33,570 nucleotides of DNA from Octopus bimaculoides. Its lineage: Eukaryota. The notes below the pieces were generated by a model. The model made no database searches and was not told the origin of the DNA. It saw only the letters and a program-made list of their open reading frames with translations. Numbering within the stretch: position 1 is the stretch's first letter; each line of letters begins with the position of its first letter. The position numbers and the translations under genes were made by a program. Shown one piece after another: positions 22,520-33,570 of the stretch. The DNA lies in the NCBI RefSeq assembly GCF_001194135.2, contig NC_068984.1, positions 103,159,591 to 103,193,160 of the forward strand, read 5' to 3'.

Positions 22520-22800
22520 CAGAATATGCATGGCTACTGCAAGATAAGTTGAGAAAAGGAGGTGTTACGTTTCCTCCGGAGAGTGTTGTACCACATACTT
22601 CTATCTCTGGTGAGATCCTAATATGCATTCCTGTATTCCAAAAAAGATCGCCGTTGATGCAACAAAGGTATATCTTTTCCAAGAGACCTTTAGGATTTGC
22701 TGTTACAAACACAGTGTTCACGAAAGTTCATGAAATACCATTACCAAGCGTGGAAAAATGGAAAAGTGTGCTAGCAAGATTCTAAGAGCGTAGCTTGCTC
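22520..22800 (-). mobile_element. Probable RTE-type LINE 3' fragment (alternative: contains a plus-strand exon at 22523-22609)
   Basis: Minus translation DLTRDRSMW resembles the RTE C-terminal LxxDRxxW motif; upstream KIYLCCINGDL. A shorter copy at 23568-23655 shares the same left boundary. Confidence 0.45.
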
Positions 22801-23179
22801 TCCTGTAAAGCTTTAGAGGGACTGGACTAGAAACTGTCACAACAAAAACACAAGTGCCTGTCGTGATGCTGCTGGAGGAGTAGAAAGAAACAAATGCTAT
22901 GAGGTTAGATAGGTTCTATTTTTCGTACGATTCAGTCAATACTGTTGATAGGAATGAAATGCCACGTAAGAAAAAGCTGCTAAAATATCAAAGGCCACAG
23001 TAAAAATTTCAAGTTGTGATAGGCGAGTGCAAGACGCATGAGCTCTAATTGGACGGATGCAGAACAAACGGCTATCTCATCAGAATAACAAACGTAGGTG
23101 AGATATAATGAGCAAAGAAATTCGTCATGCTGAAGATATGTGTAAATAACTATGAGTGAATAACTAAAGCAGTATAGTC

Positions 23180-23410
23180 AAGGCGGCGAGCTGGCAGAAG
23201 CGTTAGCACGCCGGGCGAAATGCTTAGCGGTATTTCGTCTGCCGCTACGTTCTGAGTTCAAATTCCGCCGAGGTCGACTTTGCCTTTCATCCTTTCGGGG
23301 TCGATTAAATAAGTACCAGTTACGCACTGGGGTCGATATAATCGACTTAATCTGTTTGTCTGTCCTTGTTTGTCCCCTCTGTGTATAACCCCTTGTGGGC
23401 AGTAAAGAAA
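23180..23410 (+). mobile_element. SINE family A, youngest-looking and near-intact copy
   Basis: ggcggcgagctggcagaagcgttagcacgccgggcg...gagttcaaattccgccgaggtcgactttgcctttcatcctttcggggtcg; tRNA A-box and B-box-like motifs but no cloverleaf. Confidence 0.92.
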
Positions 23411-23570
23411 TAGGTATTTCGTCTGTCTATTCGTTCTGAGTTCAAATTCCGGCAAGGTCGACATCCTTTCGGGGTTGATAAATTAAGTACCAGTTGCGTA
23501 CTGGTGTCGATTTAATCGACTAGCCTCCTCCCCAAAAATTTCGGGTTTTGTGCCTAGAGTAGAAAAGAAT
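23411..23570 (+). mobile_element. SINE family A, 5'-truncated copy directly following the previous one
   Basis: ggtatttcgtctg...gagttcaaattccggcaaggtcgac...tgtgcctagagtagaaaagaat. Confidence 0.85.
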
Positions 23571-23655
23571 ATATATGGCTGTTGCAGGATAAGTTGAGAA
23601 AAAGGAGGTATTACGGTTCCTCCTGAGAGTGTTGTACCACATACTTCTATCTCTG
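23568..23655 (-). repeat. Short second copy of 22521-22609
   Basis: ~90% identical, with one extra A. Confidence 0.85.
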
Positions 23656-23674
23656 GTTAGTAATCCTTTCAACT

Positions 23675-23848
23675 ATAGGCGTGGCTAGTCGATTTGATCG
23701 ACCCAGGTACTTATCTAATACTTATTTTATCGATCCGAAAAGATGAAAGGCAAAGTCGACCTCGACGAAATTTGAACACAGAACGTAAAGTCAAATGAAA
23801 TGCCGCTAAACATTCTGCCCGGTGCGCTAACGATTCTGCCAGCTCTCC
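23675..23848 (-). mobile_element. SINE family A, antisense copy
   Basis: gatgaaaggcaaagtcgacctcgacgaaatttgaac...cgctaacgattctgccagctc is the reverse complement of the family head and core. Confidence 0.88.
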
Positions 23849-24219
23849 TCTGGTAAATAATATTATTAACCTTTCTGGTTAATAATATTAATCGTAACAG
23901 AAGTGACATCGCTCATTATCATGATCACTCCTTGTGGATTACCTGCTCCTGAAATAATATATAAGTGACTGAGCATTTCCGAGACACAAGAACCCTTAAT
24001 GCACTTACCAGGCAGAATCACTATGACACAGTGAGTGACAATGTTGGAGTTTTGACTTATTCGTTATAATCCATCCGACAGTTTAAGTCGACCTAATTTC
24101 CCTCACAACGTATGGATCGACTCGTGGCAGTAGAAAATGTTTGCCGAAGATGCCATGCAGTGTTATCAAAGCCGGAACTCGTCATTGTGAGACGAACTTC
24201 TTATCTATTTCGCCATAAT

Positions 24220-24640
24220 GCGCCTATACACGCATACGCACGCACGCACGCCTATAGCTACATACATACCTATATACATTCATACTTACAAATATCTATA
24301 TATAGATAAGCATGGTCTGGAGCATATGTATTTCGACAAAAATACTTTTCTCTCTTTGCATACTTATACGCACATATACACATATACATATGTATATGTG
24401 TGTTTATGGATGTATATATATGTGTGTGTCTGTATGTGTATATATGCATATGTGTGTTTATGAGAGTGTATATATTATGAGCATATGTGTGCTTATATCT
24501 ATATATAAATATATATATAAATATATATATATATATGTATATACACACACACACACATATATATATACACAAATACACATATACATATGTACATACACAT
24601 ATATATATATACACATCCATAAACACATACATATGTGCAT

Positions 24641-24683
<43 letters not shown>

Positions 24684-24702
24684 ATGTATATGTATATGTA
24701 TG

Positions 24703-24737
<35 letters not shown>

Positions 24738-25140
24738 NNNNNNNNNNNNNNNNNNNNNNNNNNNNNNNNNNNNNNNNNNNNNNNNNNNNNNNNNNNNNNN
24801 NNNNNNNNNNNNNNNNNNNNNNNNNNNNNNNNNNNNNNNNNNNNNNNNNNNNNNNNNNNNNNNNNNNNNNNNNNNNNNNNNNNNNNNNNNNNNNNNNNNN
24901 NNNNNNNNNNNNNNNNNNNNNNNNNNNNNNNNNNNNNNNNNNNNNNNNNNNNNNNNNNNNNNNNNNNNNNNNNNNNNNNNNNNNNNNNNNNNNNNNNNNN
25001 NNNNNNNNNNNNNNNNNNNNNNNNNNNNNNNNNNNNNNNNNNNNNNNNNNNNNNNNNNNNNNNNNNNNNNNNNNNNNNATATATATATATATATATATAT
25101 ATATACACGCAAACACACAAACACACACATGCACATTTAA
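24220..25140. repeat. (TA)/(CA)/(TG)n low-complexity block around a gap
   Basis: Directly visible. Confidence 0.95.
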
Positions 25141-26369
25141 AAATACATAGCGTATAAATTGTATGTGTGAGTGTCACTGTCTATGCGTAAGTGAATAGCA
25201 GTTGTAAAGAAGTAGGGGTAAGCAGGTGCTATGTGGATGAGGTATTTATCTATAAGGCTGTAATAAGATTTGCTGTCCAGTTTTCTGGTGTTGTTAAAAC
25301 ACGAGAATCTCAGCAACAAACAAAAACGGAAGACAGAAGAAATGAAAAGCGAATCCGTTGTCGATGCAGAGTCTAGGTGTTACGAGAAGTAGCTTTATAT
25401 GTAACCATGGAAATAAAAATCAATTTTTTGCTCTCAAAATGCTGTTTAATTTTCAAAGTGATAATTTTAGGAGGTTTGACTCGGATCAGTGAACAGAGAC
25501 TAGGTTGTTAAAATTTTGTCTTCTGAATTTCTGCATTAAAGCTAATTTGAAATTAGTTCCTAGACAGTTTGATAATGAGACTGATAATTTTAAAGATAAA
25601 GTCTTTATTTCTCATTTAATTGTTTTTCTCTCTAATTATAATATCATAGAAATCAGTCAAATTTTGCGACACACTAAGTTTTCAAGCATTTTCTAACAGT
25701 TTAATGGTGTATCTTGTTCCTATTTTATGTTGATATTAATTGATATAAATTCTCACACTAATCCTCGTCTCCCAACCCAGCCTCTGCGTTTGTAATTCTC
25801 TTCAAAGCCGCAAATTCTATGATATTTTATTTTAAGTCTTAACAAGTATCACATTTATCAAAAATAAGTGATAGTATGAACATTGTATGTTGGATGTTGA
25901 GTAGTAGGAAAGATAGAAAGCAGAACTAAATACTTAACATTACTTACATCCGGTCATATAGGATCTCATGAAGCATTTTGTCGATGCTAAACCTAAATTT
26001 TAGCCTTCCTCTGAAAAATAGAGTCATTGAGATATATTTATAAAGGAGTGAGTCAAGAATACGCCTGGAATTACAAAGAACTTAAGAATATATTTCTAAG
26101 TAGTTGACCATCTGAGAGTGTCTATTGATCCATCTATAGTACTGTATCCACAGTTACGATACAGTTGCTGTCTAAGCAATATGGCTGACTTCAGCTCGAT
26201 ATTTGAGTCAGCGAGAGAAAGTTTCGATTCTTCTAAGAAAATAACAATCCAATCTGTCTGAAATAAATCTTTCAAAAAGGATAATATAGCCTAAGGTACG
26301 CAATGCTCAGTAAAAGAAGACAAGATGGTTATGGCTTAGATGTCTATTGCTGGGGTAACCTAGGGTTCA

Positions 26370-26409
26370 ACAACAACAATTCCTCTCCTCCTCCTCTTCC
26401 TCCATCTAT

Positions 26410-26462
<53 letters not shown>

Positions 26463-26516
26463 TTGTTGCTACTGATACTGCTGCTGTTGTTGTTGTTGTT
26501 GCTGCTGCTACTGCTG

Positions 26517-26576
<60 letters not shown>

Positions 26577-26582
26577 TCACAT
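26370..26582. repeat. Compound trinucleotide array (CCT)/(ACT)/(GCT)/(GTT)n
   Basis: Directly visible. Confidence 0.95.
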
Positions 26583-26785
26583 CAATAACAACGGGAGTCA
26601 TACATGATTGACGATTGTTTTGTTAAAGTGCACTGTTGAGTTGATGGCTTGAGAAGCATTCAGCTGCAATTCTGTCCCAATCAATTCATTAACACCCAAC
26701 ACCCAAAGATAATTAGTTGGACAGCATTTATTGTTTCCAGCTTTATTGATTTATCCTATTCTAGAGGATCACATTGTGTTTTCAG

Positions 26786-26883
26786 CTCATCAAAGACTTT
26801 TAGTCCCATTCAGATACCATTTTATTGATCGAGGTGTGGTGAACACTATAATTCCTTTAAAGTTAATCTCTATTGTTGATCCT
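26786..26883 (+). CDS. Candidate internal coding exon (xHQRLLVPFRYHFIDRGVVNTIIPLKLISIVDP), phase 1 to 0
   Basis: gtgttttcag acceptor, gtaagt donor, open frame, GC1 ~47% versus GC3 ~25%; phase-compatible with 20366-20522. Confidence 0.4.
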
Positions 26884-27014
26884 GTAAGTAAAGAAATTAT
26901 ATCCCTGTCATCGATGAAATATCCATAAAATATCTGAGATACCGAATAAGATAATAGATGAAATAGATATGGAGCGCTCGTGGGTTGACGGGAACTAAAC
27001 GGTGATCAACTTTA

Positions 27015-27260
27015 CAATGGCGGTGGCGAGTTGGCAGAGACTGCCGGCCGACAAACTATAAGCAATCGTATATGACAGATATGCATTTTCAGTTCTTTAT
27101 GTTCTAATTTCAAATTCATCGAGAAGTGACCATGATATATATTTGTGTAATGGATTAAATAAACATCAGTAATATACTGAATCGCTTTCATCTCTGTAAT
27201 TGATCACATGATTCCCAGTAATTTATTGTATCATTTCAATCGACTAAAACGGCTCTACTG
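27015..27260 (+). mobile_element. SINE family A, very old copy
   Basis: ggcggtggcgagttggcagag head and tgttctaatttcaaattc B-box-like segment. Confidence 0.55.
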
Positions 27261-27636
27261 TAAAAATCTTTCTTGCGTCTAATCAACTTAAGCCAATAAA
27301 TGGTTAAAGATGGAGTTCTTGAAAATATGAAGGAAGCCGCTGTGTAGAATGATTTGCTATGTTGGCCGATGGAAACGGTAAGTTATAACATAGGAAACTG
27401 TAGAGATACAAATTAATACTGTGTAAACATGAGAAAGTATTTATAAGTAAAGATTCGCTGTGCATTGATAACATAGTTTGTCTTGATAGATACAAAACTG
27501 AAAGTTATTACTTAGAAGAAAACATTATCAGTGAAAAATTTATATTCTTTTCAAAGAATATCACTAAGTTGTGAGTTACAAGCAACCAGATCATTAGGAC
27601 ATGTGACAGCCGATAGATGGCTGGTCTATATACTAA

Positions 27637-27639
<3 letters not shown>

Positions 27640-27694
<55 letters not shown>
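27640..27694. repeat. (CT)n microsatellite
   Basis: Directly visible. Confidence 0.97.
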
Positions 27695-27698
<4 letters not shown>

Positions 27699-29847
27699 GC
27701 GTCTGTTGTCAGGGCACTTCACTTTAATCGGCCGAATTAGTTAAATTCTAAGTACGTAAGCAAAAGTACAACAGCAAAATATTTGAAATTTTTACTATGC
27801 TGCAATACAATTTATACTCTTCTTGAGAGCCTAAAAATGACAGAAAGTATCCACCTTATTTTATTTCTCTTCTTTATTTACCACATCGGGAGTCTGACAC
27901 GACCAACATCCACCAATAAAAACCAAATACAAAATGAATGAGTAGATCAAGTTGTATACTCATAGGTCTCTTGTTTAAATCTATTCTAAGTTTTTCATAG
28001 CCCTAGTACACGAAGCTATTGAAATTAAATTATTAATCATATAGTACTTCTGGTATTCAGAGGAAGATTACCTTATTAAAATCAGGGATGAACATTTTTC
28101 TTGCAGGGATGGACAGACATTTTGTTTTATTTTCATTTATAGTGAGCACTTTTTAAATTGGTGGAGACAGAAGCAGTTGAAAGCTGATGTAATGTATTTC
28201 ATCCTATAAACAGAAATTAATTCAATATCGAAACCAAGGAAACACTCGTAAATTATAGCAGTCTCTATCGTTTACAGTATGAAATATATCTACTCTGGGT
28301 ACCTATATTACAGATAAATATAATTATAATAGAGTTGACCATGAACTCAACACAGCCCTGTTGATTCTGTTTCCAGCGTAATATCAAATAAACCAGCTAC
28401 AATTTCTAAAATGCGAATAATTATCACTATATAATGTTTAATTGTTGTTTAGCTCCAAATAATCACTGAATGAACAGATTTATGATATAAAGTGTTCCAG
28501 GAATGATCACCGCGTTTTTTGTTTGTTTGATTATTTTTGTCTGTTTTCTTATTTAGGAATTTGGTACCCTAAAATACATTGTATAATATAGTCTCACAAC
28601 GTATCTGCTTTTGGGATAAGAGGTGTCTGTAAACTGGAATATAAATCATACTTTTTGCTTTTAAAAATTCAGTCTGTCTTTTTCCGACGCAAATAGATAA
28701 ATAACGAGAGAAAGAAGAAAGATTTGACTTTATTGGAATTTCTGAAAAACTAAAATTGTATTTATAACATAAGATATATATATTAAAGTTGACGAATATT
28801 CAACAGTAAGAATGGTGCTTTATTGAAAATTTCCCTTAGTTTCAATTTAATCAAAATTTCTAAACTTCACAAGATCCAACCAACTCTTTTTTCATTTTTT
28901 TGTTTGTTCTTCTTTGCAAAATTATTTTAGTTTTTTTTTTTTTATTATTATTTCAGAAATTTCATAAACGCTTACTAGATATGACATTGAGTCTTCTTTT
29001 TTTGGTACTACATCGAAGCAACCATTATTAGAGTGAGGGGGTGGTTTATTTCCTTCCCTATGGAAACATATTCTTTGTATCTGTAATAACGATACCAGAT
29101 ATTGCAATAATCTTGAAATAACGGGATCATACAGACTATAATAACCTCGTTTATCATGAAATAATATAATATATTGAAAAAGATATTCTGCAATATCACT
29201 ACTGCAATTTGAGCAATAAATCTCTCTTTTCTTATATGAGAAAGTTTGTCATTCTAATCTTTATCATTTATAGTTTGAAAAATACATAAAATTTCCCTTC
29301 TTGAAAACAAGAATTAGCGGCATCTCGGAAAACCTGCCGAGAAGTGTTGAAGTTTAACAAACACTGTGTGAGAATGGTCAGCATTTAAATAACAATACAT
29401 ACAGAGGTTAGAATTGCTATTTACTGGAATGTGTCTATGTCTATTCTTAAAGGTTTCTGTTAATATTCTATTCCAAATAGATTCATTCCTTAACTAACTT
29501 AATAATTAAACGGTGTATTTTCTTAGCTTTTCAGTTTGTTTCTGCAAAACATTAGAGACACTTGATACTGATATGCCGTGTCGATAATTAACACTTTCAT
29601 TTTTCTAGTGGAAAATAAATGTTTTATAATGTACTGTCTACTGCTAGACTAAAATTTCCTAATATTTTCAAATTGCCGTTTTCCAATTCCTTAAGTTGTT
29701 TCAAGTAAGTTGTTTCAAATATTGTAGAACTAGTTCTCTTGTTGAGATGGCTTTACATTTTCTATTATTACTACATTACCTTCTAGCCAGTCATTATTTT
29801 TGTTAAACTTCACTTCCATTTCAGATCGCAATATCTGTAATTTCGCT

Positions 29848-30055
29848 AAGGTGGCGAGCTAGCGAAATTGTTAGCACGCCGGACGAAATGCTTAGCGGCA
29901 TTCCATCCGTCTTCACGTTCTGAGTTCAAATTCCGCCGAGGTCGATTTTGTCTTTCATCCTTTCGGGGTCGATAAAATAAGTGCCAGTTGAGTGCTGGGA
30001 TCGATGTAATCGACTTGCCCCTCCCGTCAAATTTCTGGCCTTGTGCGAAAATTTA
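29848..30055 (+). mobile_element. SINE family A, full-length
   Basis: Colinear with 23180-23345 and with the 3' end type of 12949-13148. Confidence 0.92.
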
Positions 30056-30423
30056 AACTCAATATTTTTAATTTCACTTTAGCGAACATCGATACGTTTA
30101 TGTTGATTTCTGCTGGTGTTAATCTTTAGAATTTTTACAAGTTGTTTTCGAAGATAAGTTACCCACTCTTTTGAGTGCTATATCTTTTAATCAATTGTTT
30201 AATTTTTTTTTGTTTTTTTTTATTAGGATTCGAATATTTACAGATCCTGATTTATCAATTGTGGACCTGCTTTATTCATAGTTTATTTGTAGTTAATTAT
30301 AAGACGGTATGCATTTTTGTTGTTTTAGGATTATCTACAGTCCTCTGAGTTATTTTATTATCTTTATTTAGTCATAGTTTGAATGAGTTTCCGTTCTTGA
30401 TAAAATAATTAAGTATATCTTAG

Positions 30424-30514
30424 AGAACATGCAAAAAAGGTCTCAAGATTAATGGAGCGTTCAAAGATAATCAATACGTTATAGTTGACAAAGACTTTCA
30501 AGGTTGTGATGACG
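30424..30514 (+). CDS. Weak candidate exon (RTCKKGLKINGAFKDNQYVIVDKDFQGCDD), phase 0 to 1
   Basis: tcttag acceptor, G|gtaaac donor, open frame, GC1 ~47% versus GC3 ~30%. It abuts a TE remnant, so it may be chance. Confidence 0.25.
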
Positions 30515-30539
30515 GTAAACAAATAAATTTAGTGTTCAT

Positions 30540-31030
30540 AAACAAGTACGAAATTAACAAATTTCCGTGAGAGAATGTCCTAAAAGTATTCAGTTTCTGG
30601 TATTGGCATTTTTCAGAACCTATCTATGTCCATCACTGATGGTAATTTACCAGTGTGTCTACAGAAATAATGATGTATGGTTTCAGTTGTGCCTATTCGA
30701 AAATGGAATAACAGAACATTCCTAGACTTGCCATCATATTTCTAGATCAACAACTAGGTTAAAGTAATTCTTTAGCTTTTCAGATTACTTCTACACAGTT
30801 ATTTGCTATTGCAATGTCGATTACTAATAGCCTAAAGTCAGTTTTGTCAAGGAGGGGGATGTCAGGTTTATTCCATACTACTTGGAGTGTATCAGTAAGT
30901 GAAGGTTCCATAGAATTTTCTAACAATTGGAGGTTCATATGAGAATCAGAGGGGTTTTTCTTGAAAAGCTTGATGCAGTAACTAGGAGCATGTAGAGCAG
31001 CTTTGCTACAATTTTGTGTCACCAAACAGA
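30540..31030 (-). mobile_element. Old R4/Dong-type (RLE) endonuclease fragment
   Basis: Minus translation LLENS..LTD..VWNKPDIPLLDK......VIDIAIAN and, after a frameshift, EKLKNYFNLVVDLE..W..SVIP. Confidence 0.72.
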
Positions 31031-32224
31031 AAACTCTATTTTTATTACGTCGTAACGAATTCTAGTTTATTTATTTTTCCCATAGTTGATCACCTTTCTC
31101 TAATATTTTAATCAAACACTTTTCCTATTTTATCTCATCTCATTTCAATTCATTCTATTGCGCTTAATGTATATTTATATTCATTTAATCCAATTTACAT
31201 ATTTTATATATTCGCTTCTTTATTTAATTAATCATTTAAACTAATACTTCCTAATTTAATATATTTATTTCATTTCATCATTACATATACTGTTCTCTTT
31301 TGTCTTTTCCCATTTTATATTACCCCAAACCAATTTAAATTCCTTTACAAATTCCTTTACCAGGTTTTCCATGATGTTTTCCATCATTTTCTATTTCAGA
31401 GAATTATTTCCCTCACCAAAATTTGAACGAGTCAATACTTGAGAATAAAATGTAATCAGCCTTATGTCGTTGGTATATAATTAATACCCTAAGCAACAAT
31501 TCTAATATTACCCATTCACATTTATTTGGTTTTTAATTTATTTTTAATTTTAGTTTTAAATATCATACTTAGACCTCTTATATCCAAACCACCCAATCAC
31601 ATACAAAATTATCATCTTATTTAAGAATATCTAAAATTTCTTATATTTTTCGTCTTTTCATACCAGACGGAAATTTAACAACACATTGACTTTAAACCTT
31701 CCTTTATTCATATAACCTAATGTTTTAACAGAATAATTTTAGTTTCAGATTTCCCAACAATCAAACGGTCCCCAAAATATTCTCCCTCAACCAGTAACTA
31801 CCAGACTTCCTTCAAAAGTTCTTACCTCAATTCACCAAACTCTTCGTGAAACTAGCGACTTCTTATTCGAGGAAACCATTTTTCCAACATTCTTTTATTT
31901 TGTTTTATTGTGGACTTTCCATAATTCAAATATAACCAGTTTGTTATCATTCTTTCGTATCAATTTTTCATCTTACACCTAGTTTATTTTCCCCACCGCT
32001 TCTGATCCATACTCTTAACTGTTTCTTTGCTATTCCTTTGTTTTCATTTCAATACTTTTAGATTTTCTATCTTCAGGATATCTTTAAAATTTCCAATTTT
32101 CAATTTTAAAAAAATTACTGTCTATTAGCAATCTATAAAATATATATTTTATACCAATTATTTGTGTATTGGGTTCTTTATCTTGGTTGTAGATTAGTGT
32201 TCTTAGACTTAAACCTTTCAAATA

Positions 32225-32335
32225 CACATCCGCGCACACACACACACACACACATGCACGCACGCACACGCACACACAACACACACGCGCACACAATACA
32301 CACACTCACACAAGGACACACGCGCACACACACAC
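32225..32335. repeat. (CA)n/(CGCA)n microsatellite
   Basis: Directly visible. Confidence 0.93.
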
Positions 32336-32744
32336 AATTATTGTGAAAAGAAACAGTTTCTAACTAACGGGAAAATCGAGCCTGATAGAAATAACTATGA
32401 AATTTTCTTCGAATTAAATGCTCTCGTCAAAAATGTGGGGCAGAGTAACTTTATAGTAACGTGATCCAAGATGTTCACAGCCCTAAGGTCTTCGTTATAG
32501 ATATGCTCGATCAATATCAGCAACATCAACAACTTCTTACAGCTGTTTCTTTCGTGAATACAGAACTTCTAAATTCAAAACATGAAGGACCAAAACTAAA
32601 AGCCTCGAGGTATTGTGTCCGACGTTTTAACAATTCGATATTTTAGCCCCACATTAAATATTAATGTAAATATTAACTCTATAACTCTAATACCGACGTA
32701 TTAAATTCTTATAAGACTGAGTGTTAATTTTTATGTCTTCCAAT

Positions 32745-32748
32745 GTGT

Positions 32749-32839
<91 letters not shown>

Positions 32840-32885
32840 TGTGGTTGTGTTTGTGTGTTTGTGTGTTCATGCGTGCGTGTGTGTA
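32745..32885. repeat. (GT)n microsatellite
   Basis: Directly visible. Confidence 0.97.
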
Positions 32886-33279
32886 TGCATATTTGCATGT
32901 TGTATACGACGTATGGCTAAATGCTAAAGTGTATTTCACAACCAGAAGTGTCAATTTCAACAGCCCCAGGGTTGACGGAAACTGAATAGAAGCCTATCGG
33001 CTGAATTATAATTGTGATTCAAAAGGTACAAGCTCATCAAGTACGCTGTGTCATGCTAATTCTTCCTAAGAATTAAGTTTAAGTTTCACATGTCTGAGCG
33101 ATACCCAGCCATTTGGGTGTTAATTCAGGAGCAAGTAATACACTTGATCAAACAACTAGATCCGCATCGTTAATCGATGAAAATCCACCACCACCACCAC
33201 CACCATAAATACACACAACAACCACCTCTTTATATGCACATGCACATGCACATATGTGTGTGTGTTTTGCGTGTGGGGT

Positions 33280-33450
33280 GGCGTGACTTAATAATTATGA
33301 GGTTCGAATCATGACCGTGAAAATCCTGAGCTGAATGATGCGTAGTGTTCTTGGGAAAAACACTTCATTGCACGTTGTTCCACTCCACTCAACTGACAAA
33401 AAATTAGTAATCCTGCGACGGACCGACGCCTCGTCCAGCAGGGTGAATCC
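33280..33450 (+). mobile_element. SINE family B, decayed
   Basis: ggttcgaatc B-box-like motif; gaaaaacacttcattgcacgttgttccactccactcaactgacaaaaa matches the family body. Confidence 0.7.
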
Positions 33451-33504
33451 AGGATACCGATCTTACGAATGTATAACTCGGGAAGGACCTTTGATCCTTT
33501 TTGA

Positions 33505-33516
33505 TACACACACACA

Positions 33517-33570
<54 letters not shown>
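33505..33570. repeat. (CA)n/(TA)n microsatellite
   Basis: Directly visible. Confidence 0.97.

Noticed and set aside
23180-23410. tRNA gene or CRISPR-like recurring sequence
   Set aside because: The A/B-box-like motifs sit in a dispersed ~200-bp SINE with no cloverleaf. Copies are irregularly spaced and divergent, with no repeat-spacer regularity, in eukaryotic DNA.
30784-30894. Plus-strand exon-like segment with strong splice sites (ITSTQLFAIAM...)
   Set aside because: It lies antisense to a clear RLE endonuclease motif (NKPDI..IDIAI), and GC1 is below GC3.
31749-31982. 77-codon open plus-strand frame after an acceptor-like site
   Set aside because: The pyrimidine-rich strand is naturally poor in stops, the second half is F/S/L low complexity, and no homology is recognised. 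It is not excluded as a terminal exon but is unsupported.

Overview
Eukaryotic, AT-rich and repeat-saturated genomic DNA from a gapped assembly (7 N-runs, nearly all bounded by microsatellites). The repeat repertoire looks like a coleoid cephalopod such as Octopus; this is recognition from memory, not a database result. I find no intact recognisable gene, RNA gene or CRISPR array, and most of the supplied ORFs are microsatellite or N-run artefacts. Supported content: about 13 copies or fragments of one tRNA-derived SINE plus two other SINE families, five decayed minus-strand R4/Dong-type (RLE) non-LTR retrotransposon 3' ends, L1/Tx1-like RT and probable ORF1 remnants, a mariner relic, a Helitron Rep remnant, probable RTE 3' fragments and several foldback elements. 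A few plus-strand exon candidates may belong to one unidentified host gene (best: 20366-20522). The most interesting signal is a ~200-bp repeat family (three loci, one a 220-bp head-to-tail tandem) carrying a minimal hammerhead-ribozyme-like motif with a shared non-canonical core, a Penelope pLTR or non-LTR retrozyme-like candidate. All translations, alignments and GC counts were done by hand.
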